Part shown: in pieces, positions 10,805 through 20,981 of the stretch | Layout of the letters: the number at the start of each line of letters is the position of its first letter | Numbering within the stretch: position 1 is the stretch's first letter | Made by a program: the position numbers and the translations under genes | Notes under the pieces: model-generated | What the model saw: the letters and a program-made list of their open reading frames with translations, nothing else | Told to the model about the DNA's origin: nothing | Databases searched by the model: none | NCBI GenBank assembly: GCA_963729605.1 | Contig: CAVSNY010000004.1 | Location: 192,001-256,000, forward strand | Reading direction: 5' to 3' | Length of the DNA: 64,000 bases | Origin: an uncultured Gammaproteobacteria bacterium | Lineage (GTDB): Bacteria; Pseudomonadota; Gammaproteobacteria; DRLM01

Positions 10805-10819
10805 AGGCACGACTCTTGC
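10805..10819 (+). promoter_or_regulatory. Sigma54 promoter of fleSR
   Basis: AGGCACGACTCTTGC (-24/-12) with an AT-rich tract upstream. Confidence 0.75.
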
Positions 10820-10871
10820 CTTTTACTGAGAGCGCGGGACTGTCCGCTATCCATTCATAGTAAAAGGCGAA

Positions 10872-12080
10872 ATGAGAGCGTGCATGATGCCGAAGTTAGC
10901 TAACCGCTCCCAGGATCTGGAAGACGCGTTTCACGTCTTCAGCCAGGTATCGGAACGACTGGCTGAATCGTACCGCTTACTCGAAGACCGTGTGGCGGTG
11001 CTCACCGAAGAATTGGCGGCCGCGCGGCATGAGCGTCTGCAGCAGCTCGCCGAGAAGGAACGTCTGGCCAACCGCCTGCAACTCCTTCTGGAAACCCTCC
11101 CCGGCGGCGTGGTCGTGCTGGACGGCCAGGGCCTCGTTCAAGAATGCAATCCCGTCGCCGTCTCCCTGCTGAGCGGCCCATTGCTCGGTGAGCACTGGCG
11201 CGAGGTGGCGGCGCGCGCCTTTGCCGCCGACGGGCAGGGGCCTTATCAGGCGACCCTCAAGGACGGCCGCCAACTGAGTATTTCAACGTGCGAATTGGCG
11301 GCCGAACCCGGCCGCATTCTGCTTTTTCAAGACGTCACCGAGACCCGCCAGCTGCAAGATTTATTGAGCCGCCATCAGCGCCTGTCGGCGATGGGCGAGA
11401 TGGTGGCGCGGCTCGCCCATCAGATTCGCACCCCGCTCTCGTCGGCCATGCTCTATGTTTCGATGTTGCACAAGGCGCCGGCCGGGCAGGCGGACGGGGT
11501 GCAATGCGCGGCGAAGGCCCTGTCGCGCCTGCGCGAGTTGGAACGCATGGTCAATGACATGCTGGTCTTCGCCCGCGGCGGCGAGTTCGCCGCGCAACCG
11601 ATCGCCTTGAGTGGTTTGCTCGATGACCTGCGGCAATCCCTGGAACTGCCGCTCCAGCAATCGCATGGTCGGCTCGAGATCATCGATCACGCCCCCGGCG
11701 CGACCATCGAAGGGGTGCGCGACGTGTTGCTGGGCGCCTTGTTGAATCTCACCACCAACGCCATTCAGGCCGCCGGCAGCGATGTGCGGCTGATCATCGA
11801 GACCCGCCGCGCGACGGACGGCGCTATCGAAGTGCGGGTCACCGACAATGGTCCGGGCATCCCGCCGGACTTGCACGACAAAATCTTCGAACCGTTTTTC
11901 ACGACCCGCAGCAGCGGCACCGGCCTGGGTTTGGCGGTGGTCCGCGCGGTCATGGAAGGGCATCGCGGCGCGGTGAGCCTGCAATCGGAAGAGGGCCGCG
12001 GCGCCAGTTTTATCTTGAAATTTCCCGCGCCGAATACCGAGCAGGCCCTCGCCAGCGGGCTGTGGTACGGCAACAAATAA
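10872..12080 (+). CDS. fleS: PAS sensor histidine kinase FleS/FlrB
   Basis: LAHQIRTPL H-box, DNGPGI, FFTTRSSGTGLGL; start could be 10884 or 10887. Confidence 0.93.
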   Translation: MRACMMPKLANRSQDLEDAFHVFSQVSERLAESYRLLEDRVAVLTEELAAARHERLQQLAEKERLANRLQLLLETLPGGVVVLDGQGLVQECNPVAVSLLSGPLLGEHWREVAARAFAADGQGPYQATLKDGRQLSISTCELAAEPGRILLFQDVTETRQLQDLLSRHQRLSAMGEMVARLAHQIRTPLSSAMLYVSMLHKAPAGQADGVQCAAKALSRLRELERMVNDMLVFARGGEFAAQPIALSGLLDDLRQSLELPLQQSHGRLEIIDHAPGATIEGVRDVLLGALLNLTTNAIQAAGSDVRLIIETRRATDGAIEVRVTDNGPGIPPDLHDKIFEPFFTTRSSGTGLGLAVVRAVMEGHRGAVSLQSEEGRGASFILKFPAPNTEQALASGLWYGNK

Positions 12081-12143
12081 CCGGACTTAAATTTAATCGG
12101 GGCGATCGATATGTACGCAGAACGAGCAACCGCAGGAGCCATT

Positions 12144-13517
12144 ATGAATCAAGCGAGAGTCTTGGTCGTTGAAGATGACAATTCGCTACGGGAGGCGTTA
12201 TCGGACACCTTGCAGCTCGCCGGCTATACGGTTGCCAGCGCCGCGGATGGGAGCGCCGCCTTGGACATTCTTGCGCGTAACGAGATGGACCTGGTGGTGA
12301 GCGATGTCCAGATGAAACCGATGGACGGGCACACCCTCCTTAAGAACATCAAGAAAAACCACCCGGCACTGCCGGTGGTGTTGATCACCGCGTACGGCAC
12401 CATTCAAAAGGCGGTGTCGGCCATGCACGACGGGGCGGCGGATTATTTGGTGAAACCGTTCGAGGCCGACGTGCTGGTCAATCTGGTGGAGCGCTACGCC
12501 TCGCCCACGCCGCAGGAGACCGCCGGCTTGATCGCGGAGGATATCAAGACCCGGCAACTGGTCGAACTTGCCAAACGCGTGGCCGAGACCGACGTCACGG
12601 TGATGCTCAGCGGTGAAAGCGGCACCGGTAAAGAAGTGTTCGCCCGTTATCTCCACAGCCAGTCCAAACGGGCGCAAGGGCCGTTCGTCGCGATCAATTG
12701 CGCGGCCATCCCGGAGAATATGCTCGAAGCGGTTTTGTTCGGCTTCGAGAAAGGCGCCTTTACCGGCGCCTATCAGGCCACCCCCGGCAAATTCGAGCAG
12801 GCCAACGGCGGCACCTTGTTGCTCGATGAAATCTCCGAAATGGATCTCGGCCTGCAAGCGAAATTGCTGCGGGTCTTGCAGGAAAGGGAAGTGGAACGGC
12901 TGGGCGGCCGCAAGACCATTCCCCTCGACGTGCGGGTGTTGGCGACCTCCAATCGCGTGATGCGCGACGAGGTGAAGGCCGGCCGCTTCCGGGAAGATCT
13001 TTATTACCGCCTGCATGTGTTTCCGCTGCATATCCATCCGTTGCGGGAACGCATGGCCGATGTGCTGCCGCTGGTGCGTTTTTTTCTGCAGCGTTATGCC
13101 GGGCAGGGTGTCCCGCCCACTTTGACGCCGTCCGCCGAGGCGCGTCTGCTGTCGCACTGCTGGCCGGGCAATGTGCGGGAACTGGATAACGTCATTCAGC
13201 GCGCGATCATCATGCGGCAAGGCCATTCGATCTGCGCCGATGATCTGCATTTCGAAGACACGACCCCCGACCGGCCCATGCCGGTCGAGGTCGCCGCGGC
13301 GCCCGCGGCGCCGCAAGCGGACGCCGGTGAATTGAGCGACGGCATGAAACGCAATGAACATCGGTTGATCATTGACGCCTTGCGCCTGACCAAAGGCAGC
13401 CGCAAATCGGCGGCGGAGAAACTGGGCATCAGCCAGCGCACCCTGCGCTACAAGCTGGCGCGGATGCGCGAACAAGGCGTCGATATTCCCGACGGCTATA
13501 GCGTCAAGTTCGGTTAA
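12144..13517 (+). CDS. fleR: Sigma54-dependent response regulator FleR/FlrC
   Basis: REC (VVEDD, SDVQM) + AAA (GAFTGA) + ISQRTLRYKLARMR HTH; RBS AGGAG before ATG 12144. Confidence 0.94.
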   Translation: MNQARVLVVEDDNSLREALSDTLQLAGYTVASAADGSAALDILARNEMDLVVSDVQMKPMDGHTLLKNIKKNHPALPVVLITAYGTIQKAVSAMHDGAADYLVKPFEADVLVNLVERYASPTPQETAGLIAEDIKTRQLVELAKRVAETDVTVMLSGESGTGKEVFARYLHSQSKRAQGPFVAINCAAIPENMLEAVLFGFEKGAFTGAYQATPGKFEQANGGTLLLDEISEMDLGLQAKLLRVLQEREVERLGGRKTIPLDVRVLATSNRVMRDEVKAGRFREDLYYRLHVFPLHIHPLRERMADVLPLVRFFLQRYAGQGVPPTLTPSAEARLLSHCWPGNVRELDNVIQRAIIMRQGHSICADDLHFEDTTPDRPMPVEVAAAPAAPQADAGELSDGMKRNEHRLIIDALRLTKGSRKSAAEKLGISQRTLRYKLARMREQGVDIPDGYSVKFG

Positions 13518-13543
13518 GCGGCCGCAAGGAACACGGAGAATTT

Positions 13544-13864
13544 ATGAGCGACATCGATATCAACCAGGTTTTAACCCAGCTGCGGTCCATGGCGTCGGTG
13601 GCGCAGGGCCAGTCCGCCGCCGGTCCCGCCGCCGCGGAAGGCGGTGATTTTTCCAACATGCTGAAATCGGCCATCGACAAGGTCAGCGAGACCCAGCAAC
13701 AGGCCGGTGAGTTGGCCACCTCGTTTGAGAAAGGCGATGGGCAAGTGGATTTGACCGAAGTGATGGTCGCCTTGCAGAAGGCCAAGATTTCTTTTCAAGC
13801 GATGGTCGAGGTAAGGAATAAGTTGGTGAGTGCTTATCAAGATGTGATGAACATGCCGATCTAA
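13544..13864 (+). CDS. fliE: Basal-body protein FliE
   Basis: EVRNKLVSAYQDVMNMPI C-terminus. Confidence 0.96.
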   Translation: MSDIDINQVLTQLRSMASVAQGQSAAGPAAAEGGDFSNMLKSAIDKVSETQQQAGELATSFEKGDGQVDLTEVMVALQKAKISFQAMVEVRNKLVSAYQDVMNMPI

Positions 13865-13921
13865 AAATCGTCGTGAAAATTATTCTATCGATGTCATCAA
13901 TAAAATGGGTGTTTAGCTGAA

Positions 13922-15544
13922 ATGGCGGACGAAAAAGCGAAAAAATCGGGTTCGGCGGTGGATGGTCTGGGTCAACTCCCGGTGTTTCGTCAAATCGGCG
14001 TCATGCTGGGCCTGGCCGCCAGTGTCGCCTTGGGCGTGATGGTGGTGTTGTGGTCGCAGCAGCCGAGTTATCGGATGTTGTACAGCGGGCTGACCGATCA
14101 GGACACCCTGGCGATCACCAATGCGCTGGACAGTAAAGGCATCCCTCATCAATTGAGCGCCGGCACCGGGACCGTGATGGTGCCCGCCGACCGGGTGCAC
14201 GAGGCACGCTTGCAATTGGCCGGTTCCGGTCTGCCCAAGGGCTCGGCCACCGGTTTTGAATTGCTCGATAAGGAGCAAGGCCTGGGCGTGAGCCAGTTCA
14301 TGGAGAACGCCCAATATCAACGCGCCTTGGAAGGCGAACTGGCCAGGACCATCGGCAGCATCAGCGGGGTGCAAACCGCCCGCGTGCATTTGGCGGTGCC
14401 GAAACAATCTTCGTTCGTGCGCGAGCGCGATAAAAAATTTCCCTCCGCCTCGGTGATGCTCAATGTGATGAGCGGCCGGCAACTCGATGCCGGACAGGTG
14501 GGGGCGATCGTGCATTTGGTCGCGTCGAGCGTGCCGAATCTCTCGCCCGACAGCATCACGGTGGTGGATCAATCCGGCAAGCTGCTGACCGGCGCCCAGT
14601 CGTCGAGTCAAATGCGCCTTACCGCCAATCAGTTCGATTACCGCCGGCAGCTGGAAGAGTATTACATCAATCGCATCGAAGATATTTTGACGCCGATTTT
14701 GGGGACGGAAGGCGTGCGCGCGCAGGTCTCCGCCGACGTGGATTTCAGCGTCATCGAACAGACTCAGGAGAGTTTCAATCCCGATCTGCCTGCGATCAGA
14801 AGCGAACAGACCTCCGAGGATTTGTCGCGTGGCGCGGGCGGTCTCGGCGGGGTGCCGGGCGCGTTGACCAATCAACCGCCGGTCACCGGCGCGCAGGCCG
14901 CCAATCCGGATACCGCCGCCGGACCGCAGAGCAGCACCAAACGGGTGACGCGCAATTATGAATTGGATAAAACCATCAGTCATACCCAGTTTCCCACCGG
15001 CAACGTGCGCCGGCTCTCCATCGCGGTGGTGGTGGACGACCGGCAAACCCCGGATGCCGAGGGCAATACCCAGCGTACGCCGCGCACCGAAGACGAGATC
15101 AACCGCATCACCGCCCTGGCCAAGGAGGCAGTGGGCTTCAACCCGCAGCGCGGCGATAGCCTGAACGTGATCAACGCCTCGTTCACCGGAGCCCCCAAGA
15201 TCGATCCCCTGCCCGAGCCTGCCCTGTTGGACCAGCCCTGGGTGTGGGACGTGGGCAAACAGGTCTTGGCCGGTATCGGCGTGCTGATATTGATCTTCGG
15301 CGTCTTGAAGCCGCTGTTCCGCAACCTGGTCGAGAAGGCGCCCGCGCCGGTGTACGCGGCCGCCGCGGCCGGCGGCCAGTTGTCCGCGCCGGAGATGAAT
15401 CAACAACGTTTGCAGTCGCCGCCGCCGCCGTTACTGGACAATAAAGCCTACGAGCAAAAACTGGGCATGGCGCAAGGCCTGGCCAAGGAAGATCCGAAAC
15501 GGGTGGCGCAAGTGGTGAAGACCTGGGTGGCGAGCGATGGCTGA
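13922..15544 (+). CDS. fliF: MS-ring protein FliF
   Basis: GFELLD, RALEGELARTI, SASV, NYELDKT, RGDSLNV motifs. Confidence 0.96.
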   Translation: MADEKAKKSGSAVDGLGQLPVFRQIGVMLGLAASVALGVMVVLWSQQPSYRMLYSGLTDQDTLAITNALDSKGIPHQLSAGTGTVMVPADRVHEARLQLAGSGLPKGSATGFELLDKEQGLGVSQFMENAQYQRALEGELARTIGSISGVQTARVHLAVPKQSSFVRERDKKFPSASVMLNVMSGRQLDAGQVGAIVHLVASSVPNLSPDSITVVDQSGKLLTGAQSSSQMRLTANQFDYRRQLEEYYINRIEDILTPILGTEGVRAQVSADVDFSVIEQTQESFNPDLPAIRSEQTSEDLSRGAGGLGGVPGALTNQPPVTGAQAANPDTAAGPQSSTKRVTRNYELDKTISHTQFPTGNVRRLSIAVVVDDRQTPDAEGNTQRTPRTEDEINRITALAKEAVGFNPQRGDSLNVINASFTGAPKIDPLPEPALLDQPWVWDVGKQVLAGIGVLILIFGVLKPLFRNLVEKAPAPVYAAAAAGGQLSAPEMNQQRLQSPPPPLLDNKAYEQKLGMAQGLAKEDPKRVAQVVKTWVASDG

Positions 15545-16541
15545 AGCAGTAGGTAAAGGCGTGGAGAAGGCCGCCATTTTTTTAATGGCGATCGGCGAGG
15601 CGGCGGCCTCCGAAATTCTCAAACTCATGACGCCCAAAGAGGTGCAGAAGGTCGGCATGGCGATGGCCACCCTGACCAACATCACGACCTCGCAAGTGCA
15701 GGAGGTGGTGGGTGACTTCGTGCAGACGGTCGACGGCCAGACCTCGCTGGGCGTCGGCAACGAGGATTACGTCCGCAGCGTCCTCAAGTCGGCGCTGGGC
15801 GACGACAAGGCGGGAAATTTAATCGACCGCATCATCACCGGTACGACCTCCAAGGGCTTGGAGGCGCTGAAATGGATGGACCCGCGGGCGGTGGCCGAGG
15901 TGATCCGGCTCGAACACCCGCAGATCATTTCCATCGTCCTGGCCTATTTGGACAGCGATCACGCCGCGCAAGTCCTGTCTTTATTGCCGGACCGCTTGCG
16001 TTCCGACGTGTTGATGCGGATCGCCAGCTTGGACGGGGTGCATCCGACCGCGCTGCGGGAGTTGGACGAAATCCTGGAAAGGCAGTTTTCCGGCAACAAC
16101 AATGTGAAGTCCTCCTCGGTGGGCGGCACCAAAACCGCGGCGAACATCCTCAATTTTCTGGAGGCGTCCAAGGGGGGGCAGATCATGGACAGCATCAAGG
16201 AGACGGATGCCGAGCTGGCGCAGTCCATCGAAGATCTCATGTTCGTCTTCGACAATCTCAAGGAGCTGGACGACCGGGGCATTCAAGCCCTGCTGCGCGA
16301 GGTGGCGTCCGATTCGCTGATACTGGCGCTCAAAGGTTCCGATGAAATAATGAAAGAAAAGGTATTCAAAAATATGTCCAAGCGCGCGGCGGAGATGCTG
16401 AAGGAGGATTTGGAGGCGAAAGGGCCGGTGCGCTTGAGCGAGGTGGAGACGGCGCAGAAGGAAATCCTCGCCATCGCCCGCCGCATGGCCGAGGCCGGCG
16501 AAATCAACCTGGGCGGCCAAGGCGGCGAGGAGTATGTCTAA
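15537..16541 (+). CDS. fliG: Motor switch protein FliG
   Basis: EHPQII, MFVFDNL, GPVRLSEVE motifs. Confidence 0.97.
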   Translation: MAEAVGKGVEKAAIFLMAIGEAAASEILKLMTPKEVQKVGMAMATLTNITTSQVQEVVGDFVQTVDGQTSLGVGNEDYVRSVLKSALGDDKAGNLIDRIITGTTSKGLEALKWMDPRAVAEVIRLEHPQIISIVLAYLDSDHAAQVLSLLPDRLRSDVLMRIASLDGVHPTALRELDEILERQFSGNNNVKSSSVGGTKTAANILNFLEASKGGQIMDSIKETDAELAQSIEDLMFVFDNLKELDDRGIQALLREVASDSLILALKGSDEIMKEKVFKNMSKRAAEMLKEDLEAKGPVRLSEVETAQKEILAIARRMAEAGEINLGGQGGEEYV

Positions 16542-17166
16542 AGTCATCCCGGGCGAGACGCTGTCCGATTATCAGAAGTGGAGCCTGCCGGAGGTATCGT
16601 CCAGCAAGGGCAATAATTCGCATGACGGCGGCCAGCGTTTCATGCGCGCCGATCAGATCGAGAAAATCCAGCAGCAGGCCTATGAAGAGGCCTATGCCCG
16701 CGGTTACAAGGAAGGCGTGGCCGCGGGCCAGGAAAAAATCAAGACGCAGGTCCAGCGGCTGACGCAAGTCATCGGCAAGCTGAATACACCCTTGGCGGAT
16801 TTGGACGAGGCGGTTGAAAAGGAATTGCTGGCGTTTATTTTGACCATTTGCCGCTTCGTCATCCGCCGCGAACTGTCGATCAATCCCGGCCAGATCGTGG
16901 CCGTCGTGAAAGAGGCCTTGGGTGTGTTGCCGGTGTCGTGCCGCAACATCCGCGTGTTTTTGCATCCGGAGGACGCGACCTTGATCCGCAAGCTGATGCC
17001 GCAAGAGGACGAAGAAAGGACTTGGAAAGTGGTCGAGGACCCCAGCATGGCCAAAGGCGATTGCCGGGTGATCTCCGACACCTCGCAGATCGACGCGACG
17101 TTGGAGAAACGCATCGGCGCCATCGCGGCCGGCCTGTTGGGCGGCGATCGGGACTCCGATGCCTAG
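16534..17166 (+). CDS. fliH: Flagellar export protein FliH
   Basis: GxxxG repeats, LHPED, IDATLEKR. Confidence 0.93.
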   Translation: MSKVIPGETLSDYQKWSLPEVSSSKGNNSHDGGQRFMRADQIEKIQQQAYEEAYARGYKEGVAAGQEKIKTQVQRLTQVIGKLNTPLADLDEAVEKELLAFILTICRFVIRRELSINPGQIVAVVKEALGVLPVSCRNIRVFLHPEDATLIRKLMPQEDEERTWKVVEDPSMAKGDCRVISDTSQIDATLEKRIGAIAAGLLGGDRDSDA

Positions 17167-18514
17167 TCCGGCGGACCGCGCGGGCAACACGCCGTGGCTG
17201 GCGCGTTTGAAGGAAAAGCGCGAGCGGTTCGATGTGCCCGCGCCTTTGGTGATCGAAGGGCGAGTCACCCGCATGGTGGGTTTGACCTTGGAAGCGGTGG
17301 GTTGTCCCGCCGCGGTGGGTGAGCGCTGCCTGGTGGTACCCGCTCAAGGCGAGGTGATCGAAGCCGAGGTGGTGGGCTTCGCCGACGACATCACCTATTT
17401 GATGCCGTCCAGCTCGGTGCTGGGACTCACCCCCGGCGCGCGGGTGGTGCCGACCGGCATGATGTGCGATGCGCCGGTGGGGCCGGGTTTGCTCGGCCGG
17501 GTGGTGGACGGCCGCGGCCGGCCCTTGGACGGCAAGGGTGAAATCGAATACGCGGCGCGCGTGCCGCTGGCCGGCAAACCGGTCAATCCCCTCAGCCGCC
17601 AGCCGATCAAGCGGCCCTTGGACGTGGGCATCCGCGCCATCAACAGCCTCATCACTGTCGGCAAGGGCCAGCGGGTCGGATTGTTCGCCGGCAGCGGCGT
17701 GGGCAAGAGCGTGTTGCTGGGCATGATGACGCGCTTCACCGACGCGGACGTGGTGGTGGTGGGCCTGATCGGCGAACGCGGCCGCGAAGTAAAAGAATTC
17801 ATCGAAGATATTTTGGGTAAAGAGGGCATGGCGCGCGCGGTGGTGGTGGCGACGCCGGCGGACAGCCCGCCGCTGATGCGTCTGCACGGCGCGATGCTGA
17901 CCATGAGCATCGCCGAATATTTTCGCGACGCCGGCAAACATGTCCTGCTGCTCATGGATTCCCTGACCCGCTACGCGCAGGCTCAGCGCGAAATCGGACT
18001 CGCCATCGGCGAACCGCCCACCAGCAAAGGTTATCCGCCTTCGGTGTTCGCCAAGCTGCCCCAATTGGTGGAGCGGGCGGGCAACGGCGGCGAGGGTAAC
18101 GGGACGGTGACGGCGTTTTTCACGGTGCTGACCGAGGGCGATGATCAACAAGACCCGGTGGCCGACGCGTCGCGGGCGATCTTGGACGGCCATGTGGTGT
18201 TGTCGCGCCAGTTGAGCGAGGCCGGCCATTATCCCGCCATCGATATCGAGGCGTCGGTGAGCCGCCTGATGGTGGCGGTGGCCGATGAGCCCCATCGCAA
18301 GACCGCCCGCCAGTTTAGAAAACTGAATTCGCTGTATCTGCAAAACCGCGATCTGATCAGCGTCGGCGCCTATGCCCGCGGCGGCGATGCCCTGCTCGAC
18401 AAGGCCATCGAACAACGCGGCCGGATGATGGATTTCCTGCAGCAGAATATTCACGAGCCGGTCTCTCTGACGGAGAGCGTGCGCGAACTCAAACAGTTGA
18501 TCGGCCCGTTATGA
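17159..18514 (+). CDS. fliI: Flagellar export ATPase FliI
   Basis: AGSGVGKS, IGERGREV, DSLTRYAQAQREI, ILDGHVVL. Confidence 0.97.
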   Translation: MPSPADRAGNTPWLARLKEKRERFDVPAPLVIEGRVTRMVGLTLEAVGCPAAVGERCLVVPAQGEVIEAEVVGFADDITYLMPSSSVLGLTPGARVVPTGMMCDAPVGPGLLGRVVDGRGRPLDGKGEIEYAARVPLAGKPVNPLSRQPIKRPLDVGIRAINSLITVGKGQRVGLFAGSGVGKSVLLGMMTRFTDADVVVVGLIGERGREVKEFIEDILGKEGMARAVVVATPADSPPLMRLHGAMLTMSIAEYFRDAGKHVLLLMDSLTRYAQAQREIGLAIGEPPTSKGYPPSVFAKLPQLVERAGNGGEGNGTVTAFFTVLTEGDDQQDPVADASRAILDGHVVLSRQLSEAGHYPAIDIEASVSRLMVAVADEPHRKTARQFRKLNSLYLQNRDLISVGAYARGGDALLDKAIEQRGRMMDFLQQNIHEPVSLTESVRELKQLIGPL

Positions 18515-18527
18515 GTGAAGACCCGCG

Positions 18528-18980
18528 ATGGCGCTGAAATCCTCCGGCTTGCTGACGGTGAAGAAGTTGGCCTTGAACGCCGAACGCAAGGAGGCCGCGC
18601 GTTTGGCGGAGAGCATGCGGCGGGCCGAGGAAAAAAAGGCCAAACTCGATGAGCTGCAAATGTATCTCAAGGAATATACCGATACCTTGCTGACCTTGGG
18701 CGGGCAGGGCCTGCCGGTCATGGAATTGCGGCGCCGCCGTGACTTCATGGCGCAGATCAACACGGTGCTTATTCAGCAGCGAACCGCGGTGGATGCCGCG
18801 CAGCGCATGGTGGAGGAGTGCCGCAAACGCTGGCTGCAGGCAAAACGTAAGGCGGACGGCATCTCCGATTTGATCGTGAGAAAAGAACAGGCATTGAGCC
18901 GCATAGAAGATAAGCGGGTACAGGGACTGGCCGACGATTTATCGGCGCAACGCTGGGGTCGTAACAAACCCAGCGGTTGA
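18528..18980 (+). CDS. fliJ: Flagellar export protein FliJ
   Basis: Coiled-coil 150 aa directly after fliI. Confidence 0.85.
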   Translation: MALKSSGLLTVKKLALNAERKEAARLAESMRRAEEKKAKLDELQMYLKEYTDTLLTLGGQGLPVMELRRRRDFMAQINTVLIQQRTAVDAAQRMVEECRKRWLQAKRKADGISDLIVRKEQALSRIEDKRVQGLADDLSAQRWGRNKPSG

Positions 18981-19009
18981 TTCGCGGGTGTCGATAACGG
19001 TCTGAGCGC

Positions 19010-19024
19010 TGGCATCTGTCTTGC
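19010..19024 (+). promoter_or_regulatory. Sigma54 promoter of fliK
   Basis: TGGCATCTGTCTTGC. Confidence 0.7.
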
Positions 19025-19072
19025 TTAGTAAGGCTGTATCCTCGAAACCGAGGAATAGGAGAGCCCAAGTTT

Positions 19073-20200
19073 ATGATGACCAGCGTATCAACCCTGCCGG
19101 CGGCAAGTCCGCCCGAGGGTCCCGCGCCGGCCGGCACAGGTACCCTGCCGGCTGATAAAAAATCCGCTAGCTTCCAATCGATTATGGGTGATGTGCTCAA
19201 TGCCGAGCCCGTTTCGGATGAAGGGGAAGGCGGCATGATGGAGTTGCCGGTGTTGAACGTGGACCCGGCAATCGTAACGCCGGAGGGCGGCATACCTTTG
19301 CCGCTGCAGCCGCTAGTTACGCCGCCAGCCATTGCCGGGGCCGCGGGCGAGCAACCGCAGCAGATGATGCCCCAACTCCAACTGGCGTTGATGGAATCGG
19401 AAGAGGCGGCGCCGTTGACCAAGGGTCATGACGGCGGTTTGTTGAACCTGCTGCAGCGGGCGCTGAATAAACCCGCACCGGCGCCGGTGATGACGGCCCC
19501 GGTACTCCAGGGCGACGCGGCGTCTTTACAAACCGCCGCGTCGGCCGCGCTGCCGGCGCTTAGTCCCCCGCCGGTGTATGAGGCAGCCGTAAAATCCAGC
19601 ACGGCCGATGTGTTTCAAACGCAATTGCAGTCGCTGTCTACCCCCGGTTTGATTTCAAGCGCGGCTCATGAATTCACCTATCAGCCCGCCGGTGTCGGCT
19701 TGACGTCGCCGCTGTCGGCGGGCCAGTCCGCCGTGCCGGCGCTGCCCGGCATCCCCGCGCCTTTGCCCATCGCGACGCCGATACAGCAGCCGCAATGGGG
19801 CGCCGACCTGGGGAATCGGGTCATGTGGATGGTTAAACAGGATGTGCAAACCGCGGACATCAAACTCAACCCGCCGCATCTGGGTCCTTTGGAAGTCCGG
19901 GTATCCATGGCCAATGACGCTGTCAGCGTCACCTTTAGTTCGCATCATGCCACGGTAAGGGACGCGCTCGACGCCGCCATGCCGCGTTTGCGCGATATGC
20001 TCATGGATAACGGTTTGCAGCTCGCCAACGCCAACGTGTCGAAACCGTTTTCCGAACACCAGAACCCCGGTCAAGGTCAGCAACAAAACACCGGTTTCGG
20101 CGATTATCAATCCTCGGGCGAGTTTGACGGCGACGCCCGCGAGGGCGAGGCCGTGAACGCCGCGCTGGTCAGGCTCGGTCTGGTGGATTATTACGCGTGA
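19073..20200 (+). CDS. fliK: Hook-length control protein FliK
   Basis: Pro/Ala-rich N-region; IKLNPPHLGPLEV..LDAAMPRLRDML T3S4 domain; GLVDYYA end. Confidence 0.93.
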   Translation: MMTSVSTLPAASPPEGPAPAGTGTLPADKKSASFQSIMGDVLNAEPVSDEGEGGMMELPVLNVDPAIVTPEGGIPLPLQPLVTPPAIAGAAGEQPQQMMPQLQLALMESEEAAPLTKGHDGGLLNLLQRALNKPAPAPVMTAPVLQGDAASLQTAASAALPALSPPPVYEAAVKSSTADVFQTQLQSLSTPGLISSAAHEFTYQPAGVGLTSPLSAGQSAVPALPGIPAPLPIATPIQQPQWGADLGNRVMWMVKQDVQTADIKLNPPHLGPLEVRVSMANDAVSVTFSSHHATVRDALDAAMPRLRDMLMDNGLQLANANVSKPFSEHQNPGQGQQQNTGFGDYQSSGEFDGDAREGEAVNAALVRLGLVDYYA

Positions 20201-20388
20201 CCTTCGCGTGAAGCCGCCCGGCTGAGGGGTGCAAGCCTACTTGGCCGGGCGCGTGAGATTTGTTTTCGTCCGGTATCGTCCCGCATGCCGACATAATCCT
20301 GCCGGGGATCATCATTCCCCTCCGTCAAAAGCCCGCCGCTTGAATCGCTTTGTTATGTAAGCCTTTGTTTTTAATAATTGTTAATTGC

Positions 20389-20403
20389 TGGCATACGCAT
20401 TGC
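20389..20403 (+). promoter_or_regulatory. Sigma54 promoter of the fliL operon
   Basis: TGGCATACGCATTGC preceded by an AT-rich tract. Confidence 0.75.
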
Positions 20404-20435
20404 TATCTCTGTCCCAGGACTCACTGGAGGAACGG

Positions 20436-20978
20436 ATGATGGCCAAGGCGGAAAAAAATACTGAAGACAATGACGAGGCCGCGGAAAAGCCGGCCGCCAA
20501 AAAAAGCGGGATCATGAAGTATGTGTTGATCGGCGTGGGCGCCCTGGTATTGGTGGCCCTCAGTGTCGGCGGATCGATGTATATGGCGAAGAGCATGCTC
20601 GCCGGCAAGGACGCCCCTGCTGATGGCCAAGCGCCCGCGGAGGCGAAAAAAGAACAGCGGACCCCGGTTTATTTCGCCTTCGAACCGCCGATCGTGGTGA
20701 ACTTCAAAGGCGCTACGGGCATGCGATTCCTGCAAGTCACGATAGAGGTCATGACCTATGACCCGACCGTAGTGCCGCAAATCCAAGCCAATATGCCCGT
20801 GATAAAAAACAATCTTATTTTCATGTTGAGCGGCTTGACGATAGACGACTTGGGAACGCCGGAGGGAAAACTGAAAGTGCGGGCCGACGCGTTGGCCGAA
20901 ATAAAGAAAATCATGGTTGAGCGCACCGGCAAGCCCGGCGTCGAAGAATTGTATTTCACCAGCTTCGTGATGCAGTAA
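20436..20978 (+). CDS. fliL: Basal-body associated protein FliL
   Basis: Single TM helix, PPIVVNF, VEELYFTSFVMQ; RBS GGAGG before ATG 20436. Confidence 0.95.
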   Translation: MMAKAEKNTEDNDEAAEKPAAKKSGIMKYVLIGVGALVLVALSVGGSMYMAKSMLAGKDAPADGQAPAEAKKEQRTPVYFAFEPPIVVNFKGATGMRFLQVTIEVMTYDPTVVPQIQANMPVIKNNLIFMLSGLTIDDLGTPEGKLKVRADALAEIKKIMVERTGKPGVEELYFTSFVMQ

Positions 20979-20981
20979 CTT